Source: a bacterium (GTDB lineage Bacteria > Hydrothermota > 32-111). Taken from it: a stretch of DNA of 39,016 nt. Position numbers and translations under genes: made by a program. Position 1 is the stretch's first letter. The number at the start of each line of letters is the position of its first letter. Below the pieces are notes generated by a model. The model did no database searches and was not told the origin of the DNA. It was given only the letters and a program-made list of their open reading frames with translations. Of the stretch, positions 9,729 to 19,870 are shown in pieces. Location of the stretch: the NCBI GenBank assembly GCA_046484245.1, contig JAWOBN010000023.1:1-39016 (forward strand), given 5' to 3'.

Positions 9729-10501
9729 TGCTGCTGAGTATTTTATGTGACGACAGACCGGCAGAAGGTTTTGACAGTGAACACGGATTATCCTATTTAA
9801 TTGAGGGCAGCAAACCTCTCCTTTTTGACACAGGCCAGAGTGATGTCTTTCTCAAAAATGCCCGTAAACTGAATCTTGATATTGACAGTACTCGCACAAT
9901 TGCTCTGAGTCATGGTCATTATGATCATGTAGGCGGACTTGAATTTCTAGCCGATAAGAAAATTATATGTCATCCCCAGGCACTTGATATGCATTTCAAG
10001 AGCAATGGAAGCAGTATCGGTTCTACAGAGAACATCTATGCACTGAAATCACGTTTTGACATTACTTCAACAAAGAAACCCCTCAATATCACGGAGCGTA
10101 TTGTCTTTCTCGGTGAGATACCCAGAACAGTCCAATTTGAACATCCCGGCAGTGATTTTACTGACAGACACGGGAATATCAGTTATATGCCTGACGATAC
10201 AGGTCTTGCTGTTATTGGCGACAGGAGCATCTCCATTATTTCGGGCTGTGCACATTCAGGAATATGCAATATCATTGAGTATGCCAAAGAGGTAACAGGC
10301 ATACGAACCATAGACACTGTAATAGGCGGTTTTCATTTAAGGGAATGTGATTTAAAAACAGAGAAGACAATGCAGTACCTGAAGAATGAAGATATTAAAA
10401 GAATAATGCCTGCTCACTGTACATCAGACAGTGTTATTGAGTATTTCAAAAAGGAACTGAAATCTTATTCTGTAAGAGCCGGTATGCAGATAGAAATATG
10501 A
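9728..10501 (+). CDS. MBL-fold metallo-hydrolase
   Basis: EHGLS, LFDTGQ, SHGHYDHVGG, SGCAHSG, GGFHL, PAHCT. Confidence 0.9.
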   Translation: MLLSILCDDRPAEGFDSEHGLSYLIEGSKPLLFDTGQSDVFLKNARKLNLDIDSTRTIALSHGHYDHVGGLEFLADKKIICHPQALDMHFKSNGSSIGSTENIYALKSRFDITSTKKPLNITERIVFLGEIPRTVQFEHPGSDFTDRHGNISYMPDDTGLAVIGDRSISIISGCAHSGICNIIEYAKEVTGIRTIDTVIGGFHLRECDLKTEKTMQYLKNEDIKRIMPAHCTSDSVIEYFKKELKSYSVRAGMQIEI

Positions 10502-10542
10502 ATTATCTTGACCGGCAATTAATTTGATTATATAATTGAATT

Positions 10543-12039
10543 ATGAAAAATGTAAAACTGATATCATCAATCATTCTCTGTTTCATGGCTTTTCCATTAC
10601 TGGCCGGCACAGCGTCAGACGGGAATATTAATCTGCTTGAATGGGCCGGTCCTGAAGGAACAGAACCGGGAACAAGGAAGCAATGGGCAGCTGAACATCC
10701 TGTACATTCTCACAGGATGCCATCATTTAAAAGCACATATTATGGCAGTAAAGACAGTTTGATTCATAGGGCTTTGATTATTGTAGAGGACAGTCTGTAT
10801 GATTCTATACAGATGGAATTATCATATTTTATTAATGACCTTAATAGTGAAAATTATACAATTGACTTATATACTGTAATGTATATAGCTCCTGAGAGTC
10901 TGAGGGCATTTCTTTATGATTGTTACAGGAATCAGAAAATTGAAGGAGCACTGCTCATCGGGGATATACCCACAGCATGGTTCCAGGTTGAAAATGATTT
11001 CAATACTTATGGCTATGCGGAATGGCCATTTGATTATTTCTATATGGAATTGAATGGCATATGGCTGGATGATTATGATTACAGCAGCGGAACCCCCATT
11101 GCAGGAAGTGACAGTATATATGACGGTCATTCAGGAGATGAAATGCCGGAGATATATATTGCCCGCATCTTTCCTAATGGCATGGGCCAGTCCGCTGATC
11201 TGATAAATAATTATTTTATGAAGAATCATAATTACAGGGACAACAGCAATCTGCCTCAAAAGGCATTGGTTTATGTTGATGATGACTGGGAATCCTTGGC
11301 TGATATATGGGGCAGTGATGTGGCATTGGCATACAGTGATACTCTTATCATTTCCCATCCGGAAAGCACTATTGTTGATGACTATAAAAAGAAAGTGATG
11401 GAGCCGAGAGAATGGGTGGCGCTTTTTGCTCATTCATGGCCAGGTGGTCATGCTTTCTACTACAACAACGGTTCCAATGTCAATTATTTCTGGGCAACAG
11501 GATACACATCCATGATTCCCCCTGCTGCATTCTATAATTTCTTCTGCTGTTCATTTGCACGGTTTACAGAATCAGGTTATGGTGCAGGCAGGGCAATATT
11601 TACTGACAGTATCTCCATAGCTTCCATTGGTTCAGCTAAAACAGGCAGTATGCTGGATTTTGATTATTTTTATCAGCCATTGTCGGAGAATAAGAGTCTC
11701 GGTGTGAGCTATAAGGAATGGTTTGAATACATTGCAGAAGGCGGTATTGATTTCAATGAACTCTGCTGGCATGGCGGCATGGTGCTTCTGGGTGATCCGT
11801 TTATCACTGTTAAAAGACAGAATTTAACAGGATTACAGTCAGATAGATATTCAGACAAAAGTTACGCCGGCAGTCTTGTCAGTATTTCGGATATGGAAGA
11901 TATGCTTAACAGAAAGTCCATTGATTTATATGATTGTCAGGGCAGGCAAATCGTCAATTCAATGATAACCCCGGGGATTTATTTTATTAGGATAAAAAAC
12001 AGTACGGTAATCCGCAAATATATAGTTCCGGGTCTGTAA
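10543..12039 (+). CDS. Secreted C25 (gingipain-like) cysteine peptidase with T9SS-like C-terminal sorting domain
   Basis: Signal peptide; LLIGDIP, D.FY.ELNG, PEIYIAR, putative catalytic His (FAHS) and Cys (FCCS), LLGDP; tail LYDCQGR...PGIYFIRI...RKYIV. Confidence 0.75.
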   Translation: MKNVKLISSIILCFMAFPLLAGTASDGNINLLEWAGPEGTEPGTRKQWAAEHPVHSHRMPSFKSTYYGSKDSLIHRALIIVEDSLYDSIQMELSYFINDLNSENYTIDLYTVMYIAPESLRAFLYDCYRNQKIEGALLIGDIPTAWFQVENDFNTYGYAEWPFDYFYMELNGIWLDDYDYSSGTPIAGSDSIYDGHSGDEMPEIYIARIFPNGMGQSADLINNYFMKNHNYRDNSNLPQKALVYVDDDWESLADIWGSDVALAYSDTLIISHPESTIVDDYKKKVMEPREWVALFAHSWPGGHAFYYNNGSNVNYFWATGYTSMIPPAAFYNFFCCSFARFTESGYGAGRAIFTDSISIASIGSAKTGSMLDFDYFYQPLSENKSLGVSYKEWFEYIAEGGIDFNELCWHGGMVLLGDPFITVKRQNLTGLQSDRYSDKSYAGSLVSISDMEDMLNRKSIDLYDCQGRQIVNSMITPGIYFIRIKNSTVIRKYIVPGL

Positions 12040-13059
12040 TCAATCCATATTCTTCAATATAATAGTAATACTGTCTGAAGTCATATCCTCAGGTATGAGA
12101 GAAGGATACAATCTCTTGGACTGCTCAATACTGTTCTTACTGAGTATTTTGCTGTAATCATGATCTGATTGACACAGCATGTCAATCAGAGAAAAACGGT
12201 TATTGATATATGCCTTTAAATTACCGACTGTCATTCTATTGAGATTGGATTTCAGAAATGACACTGCATACTGCTCTTCAGCAGGCCTGTAATGCCTGAA
12301 ATACCTCTGTATATCATCAATATTCAGTAAAGCATGTCCCCAGAGTATGTCAGTTGTAGCATAGGAATGCCCTCCTGTGAGTGAGAAGAACGGATTGTAA
12401 TGATGATACATATATCCGCCCGGTCTGAGTAATCGGGATAATTCCTTGAACATTGCACGGGGGTCAGTGACATGTTCCAATGTCTCAAAACTGAAAATGA
12501 AATCAAATGAATCTGAGCCGAGACCTGAATCAGTTATATCATCATTAAGAAACTGCACTGCATTAATGTCAAGACCGGCTGCTTCCAGAAAAACATTCCT
12601 CAGTTTTTCCAGATAAATGACCTGTTCATCCATATGCTCCGGGTTTATATCCTCATTCCTCTGAGTAATATAATACCGGGGCAGATCAATAGCTGTATTC
12701 CTTGTATTGTAATCTCTATGCATGAGCATTGACACAGTACCGCCGTAGCATCCGACTTCAAGAACACTCTTCCCATGAAGAGAAATTCCGTACTGCTCAA
12801 GTTGAGCTGACATATCATTGAGTTTTTCTCCGGATGACCTGAGTCTCATTTGAGATTCCTTCCTGCCGGGAATTTGAAAAGTGAATTCACGATTCAGATT
12901 CTTCTGCCATCCGGGTTTCAGCAGGTCTTTGAGTCCCTTGAGCATCTTATGTTCATTGCCGTAACTATCCGTAAAATAATCCTCAACAGGGAGTTTGCTT
13001 ATCTGTTTAAGCAGATTATCCTTTCTGCCCAGCAGTTTTCTGATAAATTTCTTCATCAT
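12040..13059 (-). CDS. Class I SAM-dependent methyltransferase
   Basis: VLEVGCYGG, SFDFIFSFETLEHVTDP, LSRLLRPGG. Confidence 0.85.
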   Translation of the reverse strand: MMKKFIRKLLGRKDNLLKQISKLPVEDYFTDSYGNEHKMLKGLKDLLKPGWQKNLNREFTFQIPGRKESQMRLRSSGEKLNDMSAQLEQYGISLHGKSVLEVGCYGGTVSMLMHRDYNTRNTAIDLPRYYITQRNEDINPEHMDEQVIYLEKLRNVFLEAAGLDINAVQFLNDDITDSGLGSDSFDFIFSFETLEHVTDPRAMFKELSRLLRPGGYMYHHYNPFFSLTGGHSYATTDILWGHALLNIDDIQRYFRHYRPAEEQYAVSFLKSNLNRMTVGNLKAYINNRFSLIDMLCQSDHDYSKILSKNSIEQSKRLYPSLIPEDMTSDSITIILKNMD

Positions 13060-13196
13060 AAAACAATACTATCACTGCCCGCTAAAGTGTCAATAGGACG
13101 GGGGAGGACAGAGGGTTAAGATACAAATGGATTCTGCCCAAAACAGGCCAAAATCCTCCATAACCTCAGATTTAACTTAAGTTATACAGCATTCTG

Positions 13197-13354
13197 TCCA
13201 ATTCCCAGGGACAGCCCTTCACATTGTTCACGTTTTACAAAATATAATAAAAATAAATACAGGAATAATTGAACTTAGCAAAATGATTTTCATAAGTTAT
13301 ACAATAATATGGTTTATTTGTAAATAATGTGAAGGGCTGTCCCCGGGAATTGGA
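13197..13354. repeat. 158-bp long-inverted-repeat element, copy 2
   Basis: 35-bp arms (13197-13231 / 13320-13354) with 3 mismatches; nearly identical to copy 4 including the core. Confidence 0.95.
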
Positions 13355-13482
13355 GGGTGGTTTTGACAACATCAGATGCTTATTGGATATTGCGGCTGTG
13401 TAGGGAAAGATGAATTATTACAAAGACAATTTATGGATTTGTGAATCCATATAATGACGGGGATGTTCTGTCAAATATTATG

Positions 13483-13505
13483 ACATTGAAAAATACTTTC
13501 AATGT
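13483..13505. promoter_or_regulatory. Putative operator overlapping the wrbA promoter
   Basis: Perfect 9-5-9 palindrome ACATTGAAA-AATAC-TTTCAATGT overlapping TTGAAA-N16-TAAAAT upstream of wrbA. Confidence 0.45.
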
Positions 13506-13539
13506 GATAAAATATTAGAAATATAGACTCGGGGGTTTC

Positions 13540-14187
13540 ATGCAGATAACTGTTTGTTTCTATTCACTTACAGGTCATGTTTTTCAACTTGCCCAGAAGA
13601 TTGCAGAGGGTATTGAAGAGGCAGGCGGCACACCGTATATCTGCCGTGTACCCGAGACACTTCCGGATGAAATAATAGAAAAGATTGGTGCAGCTGAGTC
13701 AGTTGAGTCCATGTCCCATATCCCTCAGTGCACTGTTGATGACCTGGCTCAGGGTGAGGCAGTAATATTCGGCACACCGACACGGTTCGGCAATATGTGC
13801 GGCCAGATGCGGCAATTCCTTGATTCAACAGGCCCTCTCTGGGCTGAGAAGGCGCTTGTCGGCAAGATAGGTTCTGTCTTTGTGTCAACAGCATCCCAGC
13901 ACGGAGGACAGGAGGCAACAATACGGTCCTTTCATATCACACTGATGCATCACGGTATGCTTATAGCAGGTCTGCCGTATATTTTCAATAAACAGAATGA
14001 CCTCTCTCAGGTCAATGGCTGCTCACCGTACGGTGTATCAACAATTGCAGGCAATAAGGGCGAAAGGGACCCGTCAGACATGGAACTGGAAGCAGCAGTA
14101 TTTCAGGGCAGATATGTAACAATGCTTACAGAGCATATCTATGATAAAAGGAAAGATATAATAAAAACACTCACAGAGGAGCAGTAA
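13540..14187 (+). CDS. wrbA: NAD(P)H:quinone oxidoreductase WrbA
   Basis: FYSLTGHV, RVPETL, IFGTPTRFGNMCGQM, STASQHGGQE, SPYG. Confidence 0.95.
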   Translation: MQITVCFYSLTGHVFQLAQKIAEGIEEAGGTPYICRVPETLPDEIIEKIGAAESVESMSHIPQCTVDDLAQGEAVIFGTPTRFGNMCGQMRQFLDSTGPLWAEKALVGKIGSVFVSTASQHGGQEATIRSFHITLMHHGMLIAGLPYIFNKQNDLSQVNGCSPYGVSTIAGNKGERDPSDMELEAAVFQGRYVTMLTEHIYDKRKDIIKTLTEEQ

Positions 14188-14690
14188 TGAATGCACTTTT
14201 CAAAAGACGCAGTATAAGGAAGTACAAAAAGGACAAACCTGTTGAGAAAGAGAAGGTCAGGAAACTGCTTGAAGCAGGATTTGCAGCACCGTCTGCGCGC
14301 AATACACAGCCGTATAATTTCCTTGTTATTGATAAAAGGGAATTGCTGGACAGTATTCCTGATGCACATCCCTATGCTGAAATGTCAAGAGAAGCCACAC
14401 TGGCTGTTCTGGTCCTTGGAGAATTGGAGAAGCAGCCCAATAAGGGATATATTGCGCAGGACCTCTCAGCAGCAACAGAGAATATACTTATTGAGGCAAC
14501 TGAACTGGAGCTGGGCAGTGTTTGGCTCGGAGTTTACCCCCGTGAGGAGAGAATGAAGGGTTTGAGGGAGCTTTTCAATGTGCCGGACAGATTCATGCCT
14601 TTCTCACTTATCATAATCGGATATCCTGATGAGGAAAAACCGCCGTCAGACAGATACATTGAGGAGAAGGTCTTCTATAACAAATTCTAG
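14187..14690 (+). CDS. Nitroreductase family protein
   Basis: RRSIRKY, AAPSARNTQP, LGSVWLG, GYPDE; translationally coupled to wrbA. Confidence 0.92.
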   Translation: MNALFKRRSIRKYKKDKPVEKEKVRKLLEAGFAAPSARNTQPYNFLVIDKRELLDSIPDAHPYAEMSREATLAVLVLGELEKQPNKGYIAQDLSAATENILIEATELELGSVWLGVYPREERMKGLRELFNVPDRFMPFSLIIIGYPDEEKPPSDRYIEEKVFYNKF

Positions 14691-14698
14691 GAGGGAAA

Positions 14699-16552
14699 GT
14701 GAATAATGAGATTGATAAAATATGGAATCAATCACTGGACTATATCAATTATCCTGTGATGATGCTTTCTGAAGACCATGAAGTACTCAGATGCAATAAA
14801 TACGCCGGGGAAATATTCGGTGATGATATTGTCGGCAGCAAATGCTATGAGAAGGTTCATCAGTCAGACTCACCGCCGGAGAATTGCCCGTGTAGAAGAG
14901 CAAAAGACAGTATAGTCACTGAGACAATGAGGATTGAACTGAATGGCACATTGCACAATGTGACCTGTATTCCTGTCAGCACGGATTCAAGCCGTTATTT
15001 TATTCACATCAGTCATGATATAACGGAAATTGTTGAGAGTGAAAGACAGGTCAAGAGCATGGCTTTGCACTTCAAGAGTATATTCAATGCAGTCAATTGT
15101 CTGATGTTTATTACAGATAATGACATGACCATAAAAATGCTCAATGAATCTGCTTCTGATATATCGCCCGGCATAGAAAAGGGGATATCCATATATGATA
15201 TTTTTGACAGCAGCACAGCAGCACTGCTCAGAGACAGTATTGAGGATATAAAGGATATAAATGACGGTATAGAAGTGGAATATGAGGGCAGGATATACGA
15301 TTTGAGAATATACACAATGACGGGTTTTAAGGATGTGCAGAATATTATCATGATGGAGGATATTTCCGAGAGAATCAGCAGGGAGAATACTGAAAAGAGA
15401 AAGATGAGACGTCTCTTTGAAATACAGAAATTGGAGAGTATAGGGGTGCTTGCCGGCGGTATAGCTCATGATTTCAACAATATTCTGATGGCAATAATAG
15501 GCAATGCGGAATTGGGTATGGCTGAATTGCCTCAATCATCACCAGTCAGGGACACATTCAATTCAATTATAGAAGCATCATCTGATGCAGCCAAGATTAC
15601 CCGCCAGATACTCGCATATTCCGGGCAGGGGAAGACCAGGATCAAAAGCATTAATGTCAATGAATTGATAAATGGTATAGATTATCTGCTCAGTGTATTG
15701 CTTTCAGACAATATTGTTCTGAAATATAAACTCAATGAGGATATTGACAATATCCAGGGAGACCCCAATCAGATAAAACAGATTATTGTGAACCTTGTTT
15801 CCAATGCCATTGATGCAATTGAAGACAGAAGGGGTGTTATCACTGTCAAAACAGGATATATGGATTGCGATAAAGCATATATGGAAAATACATTTGTCAG
15901 TGAAAGTGTTCCTGAAGGCAGATATATTTATATTGAAGTCAGTGACACAGGCACAGGAATGGATGAGGATACCAGGACAAAGATATTTGAACCTTATTTT
16001 ACAACAAAGGAACAAGGCAGGGGACTGGGGATGTCCGCAGTACTGGGTATTGTAAGAAGCAATTGCGGCGCATTGAAGATATATTCTGAAAAAGGTGAAG
16101 GAACGACAGTAAAGGTTCTGCTCCCTGTTGAAAACCCTCAGACCTGCCAATTTGCTAATCCGGTGAAATGGCAGGGTAAGGGCAAGATACTGATTGTTGA
16201 TGATGATGAAAAGATACTTGAGATTGCATCTCTTATGCTCAAAAGTATCGGTTTTGAGACAATCACTGCATCTGACGGAGCTGCAGCAGTTGATAAAATG
16301 AAAGATGATGATGATATCAATCTTGTCATACTGGACTTGACAATGCCCAAGATGAACGGCAATGACACATATTCTGCTATAAGGCAGATCAATAGGGAAA
16401 TGCCTGTTATTATCACAAGCGGTTATGACTCCAAGAGAATAGAGGAGGAATTCGCAGGCAAGAATATTGCAGGCATTATAGAAAAACCGTACCGTATGGA
16501 GACACTCAAGGATATTGTCAGGTCTATTACAGACCCTATTGAAAAAGATTAG
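14699..16552 (+). CDS. PAS-domain hybrid sensor histidine kinase/receiver (CckA-like architecture)
   Basis: Cys-containing PAS region, H-box AGGIAHDFNN, N-box NLVSNA, DTGTG, FEPYFTTK, GRGLG, C-terminal receiver (IVDDD, LDLTMP, KP). Confidence 0.93.
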   Translation: MNNEIDKIWNQSLDYINYPVMMLSEDHEVLRCNKYAGEIFGDDIVGSKCYEKVHQSDSPPENCPCRRAKDSIVTETMRIELNGTLHNVTCIPVSTDSSRYFIHISHDITEIVESERQVKSMALHFKSIFNAVNCLMFITDNDMTIKMLNESASDISPGIEKGISIYDIFDSSTAALLRDSIEDIKDINDGIEVEYEGRIYDLRIYTMTGFKDVQNIIMMEDISERISRENTEKRKMRRLFEIQKLESIGVLAGGIAHDFNNILMAIIGNAELGMAELPQSSPVRDTFNSIIEASSDAAKITRQILAYSGQGKTRIKSINVNELINGIDYLLSVLLSDNIVLKYKLNEDIDNIQGDPNQIKQIIVNLVSNAIDAIEDRRGVITVKTGYMDCDKAYMENTFVSESVPEGRYIYIEVSDTGTGMDEDTRTKIFEPYFTTKEQGRGLGMSAVLGIVRSNCGALKIYSEKGEGTTVKVLLPVENPQTCQFANPVKWQGKGKILIVDDDEKILEIASLMLKSIGFETITASDGAAAVDKMKDDDDINLVILDLTMPKMNGNDTYSAIRQINREMPVIITSGYDSKRIEEEFAGKNIAGIIEKPYRMETLKDIVRSITDPIEKD

Positions 16553-16589
16553 AATAGCTTTAAAATCTATCAGATACAAAGGAGAATAA

Positions 16590-17846
16590 ATGGAATTGTT
16601 CAGTAAATCGGAATTTAGAGAGAGAAGAAAGAAATTATACAAGAAATTGTCTTCAGGGGATATTGTCATTGTCAAGTCCGCACCTGCAAGGTATAAGAGC
16701 GGGACAGTGGAGTATCTCTATAAACAGGATTCAAATTTCTACTATCTGACAGGTGTCAATGAAGAGAACTGCACATTCATTATGGCAAAAATCGGCAAAA
16801 AGAAATACGAGGCACTCTTTATTGAGGAGAATAATCCCAAGATTGAGACATGGACAGGCAGACGCCTCAGTGCTGATGAGGTGAAGGATATCAATGGAAT
16901 GGATTCTGTATTCTACAATGACAAGTATGAGGACTATATGAATTCACTCCTGACAAATGGTGAGACACTTTATTACAGTTACAGACAGGCAGGCATGAAC
17001 AGTCCTCTTGATGAGGATATGAGCAGAATAGAATCACTCCGGAAGCATTTCCCCAATCTCACATATATCAAAAATGCAAATCAGCTGATATTCCCGCTGA
17101 GAACAATAAAGAGTTCTGCTGAGATAAAGGCAATGGAGAAAGCAATAGAATACACAGGCATGGGTGTCTTAAATGTACTGAAAAAGACAAAGCCGGGGAT
17201 GTCTGAATATCAGCTCAGGGCTGAAATAGAATACGAGTTTCTGAGAAACGGGTCAAGGCAGCCCGGTTTCAATACCATTGTTGCTTCAGGAAAGAATGCC
17301 GCTGTTCTGCACTATATATCTATGAAGGATATTGTGAAGAAGAATGATCTTATACTGATAGACATTGGGGCTGACTGCTGTAATTATTCAGCTGATATAT
17401 CAAGAACATTCCCCGCATCAGGCAAGTTCACAGGCAAGAAGAAAGACCTCTATGCAGCATTGCTTGATATACAGAAGACATTGATACAATATGTCAAGCC
17501 GGGCCGGTCAATGAAGGATGTGGATAAAAAAACCATAAAGCTTATCTCAAAGATGCTGAAAAGCTTCAAATACATCAAGGATGAAAGCGAGTATTTCAAG
17601 TATTATCCCCATTCAGTGGGGCATATGCTGGGCCTGGATACACATGATGTACAGGGTATTCAGAGAAAGAAGCCTGTTCTCAAAGAGGGCATGGTTGTCA
17701 CTATTGAACCGGGGGTCTATATTAAAGAGGACAGCATAGGGATACGTATTGAAGATGATATTCTTGTTACAAAGAAAGGCAGAAGAAATCTCTCAAGGGA
17801 GATTCCCAAAGAGATTGATGCCATTGAAGAGATAATGGAGGGATAA
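16590..17846 (+). CDS. pepP: Xaa-Pro aminopeptidase (aminopeptidase P)
   Basis: QDSNFYYLTG, LHY, DIGA...ADISRT, PHSVGHMLGLDTHD, TIEPG, GIRIEDD. Confidence 0.9.
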   Translation: MELFSKSEFRERRKKLYKKLSSGDIVIVKSAPARYKSGTVEYLYKQDSNFYYLTGVNEENCTFIMAKIGKKKYEALFIEENNPKIETWTGRRLSADEVKDINGMDSVFYNDKYEDYMNSLLTNGETLYYSYRQAGMNSPLDEDMSRIESLRKHFPNLTYIKNANQLIFPLRTIKSSAEIKAMEKAIEYTGMGVLNVLKKTKPGMSEYQLRAEIEYEFLRNGSRQPGFNTIVASGKNAAVLHYISMKDIVKKNDLILIDIGADCCNYSADISRTFPASGKFTGKKKDLYAALLDIQKTLIQYVKPGRSMKDVDKKTIKLISKMLKSFKYIKDESEYFKYYPHSVGHMLGLDTHDVQGIQRKKPVLKEGMVVTIEPGVYIKEDSIGIRIEDDILVTKKGRRNLSREIPKEIDAIEEIMEG

Positions 17847-18658
17847 TGCACAGGATAATATTCACATTGGGACCTTTTACTCTTTATTCTTACGGTTTTA
17901 TGATGGCAGTGGCTTTCATCAGTGCATTGCTTGTGTCCCTCTATTTTGCCAATAGGGAGAATATGGAGAGGGCAAGGGTCATTGATTTTGCCACATGGGT
18001 TATCATAGGCGCAGTTATAGGGGCGCGGCTCTGGTTTGCAATTGAGAATTTCCAGTATTTCCGGAATGATATTATAGGTATTGTAAGAATCTGGGAAGGG
18101 GGCATGGTCTTTTACGGCGGTTTCCTCGGGGGTGTTCTTGCCGGCTATATGTATCTGAAGACAAATAAATACTCAATCCCACTGATGGCTGATATCATAG
18201 CGCCCGGTTTTGCACTGGGTATTGCACTGGGCAGAATAGGGTGTTTTCTCAATGGCTGCTGCTATGGCAGTGTTAGTGAAACCTGCGGAGTCTCGTTCCC
18301 GCGGAAGGATTTCCCCCCTGCATATTATGAACAGCTCAAAGACGGTATTATTGAACCGGGTGCAACCCATTCTCTGCCTGTTATCCCCACGCAGATCATT
18401 GCAGCAGGTGCTGCTTTGATAATATTCTCAATTCTCTTTTTCATATACAGAAAGAAGCTCTTTGACGGATTTGTATTCTATCTCTTTTTGATCCTTTACG
18501 GGCTGGATAGATTCATTCTGGACTTTTACAGGTATTATTCACCCAATGCAATGAGAACCATAGGACTTTCCATATCCCAGATCACATCACTGTTCATTGT
18601 ACTGCTGGGGATATTTCTCTTTGTTTTCTCCTATAGAAGAAAGAGAGAATCATCATAG
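17846..18658 (+). CDS. lgt: Prolipoprotein diacylglyceryl transferase
   Basis: YG.M, GARL, IWEGGMVFYGG, GRIGCFLNGCCYG, PTQ, RFILDFYR. Confidence 0.93.
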   Translation: MHRIIFTLGPFTLYSYGFMMAVAFISALLVSLYFANRENMERARVIDFATWVIIGAVIGARLWFAIENFQYFRNDIIGIVRIWEGGMVFYGGFLGGVLAGYMYLKTNKYSIPLMADIIAPGFALGIALGRIGCFLNGCCYGSVSETCGVSFPRKDFPPAYYEQLKDGIIEPGATHSLPVIPTQIIAAGAALIIFSILFFIYRKKLFDGFVFYLFLILYGLDRFILDFYRYYSPNAMRTIGLSISQITSLFIVLLGIFLFVFSYRRKRESS

Positions 18659-19865
18659 ATATGCCTGCTATCAGAAAGAAAGCGGAACTGAGATAGAACA
18701 CATAAAACACACCGAATACTTTCATGACGAACAGGCCGATGAACGGGGCAATTAGTCCCCTCACACCGGTCAGTGTAATGTGTATTGACTGATAGTCGGA
18801 TGCATGATTATTTCCGGCAAAGAATATGGAGCCGAGATTCCAGACAATTATCACACCGGACATTGCCAGTGAATAAATAAGAAATGACAGATAGACAAAA
18901 TGCACAGGGTCAATTGTCATTGACATCGGGGCAATTACAAGTATAAGCGGATAGAGTGCAAGTATGAAGAATACTGCAGAGGAAAGGAGAATAGGATTTG
19001 ACCTGTCATGGAAACGGCCTGCAAACGGCATTATGAGTACCATGAATAACTGCCCGACAACACCCTTTGCAATGGATATCTGCGAATAATCCATTCCCAT
19101 TACATCAACAAAATAGATGGGCAGTGCAGGCAGTATAGAAATGAAACCGAGACCGTATATGAAAAACGAGGATTCAAAGAAGAAGTAATAGGGGTCCTGC
19201 CTGAATATATGAATCATGTTCTTCAGAGGATACATAATGTCCCTGGAGGAGACAAACTGCAGGGCATTGTCCGTAAGCCGTTTTTTATTGATCCTTATTC
19301 TTGAAAAGAGGTATGCTGAATAGAGTCCTGTCAGTCCTCCTGCTGCAAATATCAGTCTGTAGAAATTTTCATTCATATCAAGTATCAAACCGGCAAGCAG
19401 TGATATGAGCAGTGCTGTCAATGTGGAGAGGGCATTCATAAAACCAAAAAGCATTCCTCTCTTGTCCCTTGAAATATTAACCTGTATCATGTGATTGATG
19501 AGAGGATTGAACAGTGCATTGAATGCATAGTAAACAAAGAGAATAGCGATAAAGGGTATTCCGGAACTGATCAGTGAGATGAATATGAGGGAAAATCTTC
19601 CGGCAATGCCTATTATATAGAAGAGAACCGCTTTCTTTACAGTCCTCTTTATCAGTGGCGCGAAATAGATGGAGAAGAGATTGGAGACAGGCATGATCAT
19701 TGTAAGGATTGTAATCTCCAGTGCAGAACCGCTGAATGTCTTCTTCAGTATGACTTCCTGAAGTATCAGAATGCCCACAACCATGCCATTGAACATATAT
19801 GCCCACATGGCAAGTGTGAAGGTATGCTTCTCCCTGCCTCTAAGAGATCTCAACACTTTAATCAT
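18594..19865 (-). CDS. MFS transporter
   Basis: About 12 hydrophobic segments in 423 aa; KRG..FG and GRFHDR loop motifs. Confidence 0.8.
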   Translation of the reverse strand: MIKVLRSLRGREKHTFTLAMWAYMFNGMVVGILILQEVILKKTFSGSALEITILTMIMPVSNLFSIYFAPLIKRTVKKAVLFYIIGIAGRFSLIFISLISSGIPFIAILFVYYAFNALFNPLINHMIQVNISRDKRGMLFGFMNALSTLTALLISLLAGLILDMNENFYRLIFAAGGLTGLYSAYLFSRIRINKKRLTDNALQFVSSRDIMYPLKNMIHIFRQDPYYFFFESSFFIYGLGFISILPALPIYFVDVMGMDYSQISIAKGVVGQLFMVLIMPFAGRFHDRSNPILLSSAVFFILALYPLILVIAPMSMTIDPVHFVYLSFLIYSLAMSGVIIVWNLGSIFFAGNNHASDYQSIHITLTGVRGLIAPFIGLFVMKVFGVFYVFYLSSAFFLIAGISMMILSFFYRRKQREISPAVQ

Positions 19866-19870
19866 ACTGT

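Noticed and set aside
1892..14690. Selenocysteine or stop-codon recoding in the redox genes
   Set aside because: The CGGC, AhpD-like, WrbA and nitroreductase ORFs are full length with ordinary Cys codons; I saw no in-frame UGA interruptions.
15704..16675. Long antisense ORFs (323 aa here; 233 aa at 22087-22788 and others)
   Set aside because: They are shadows of well-supported genes on the opposite strand.
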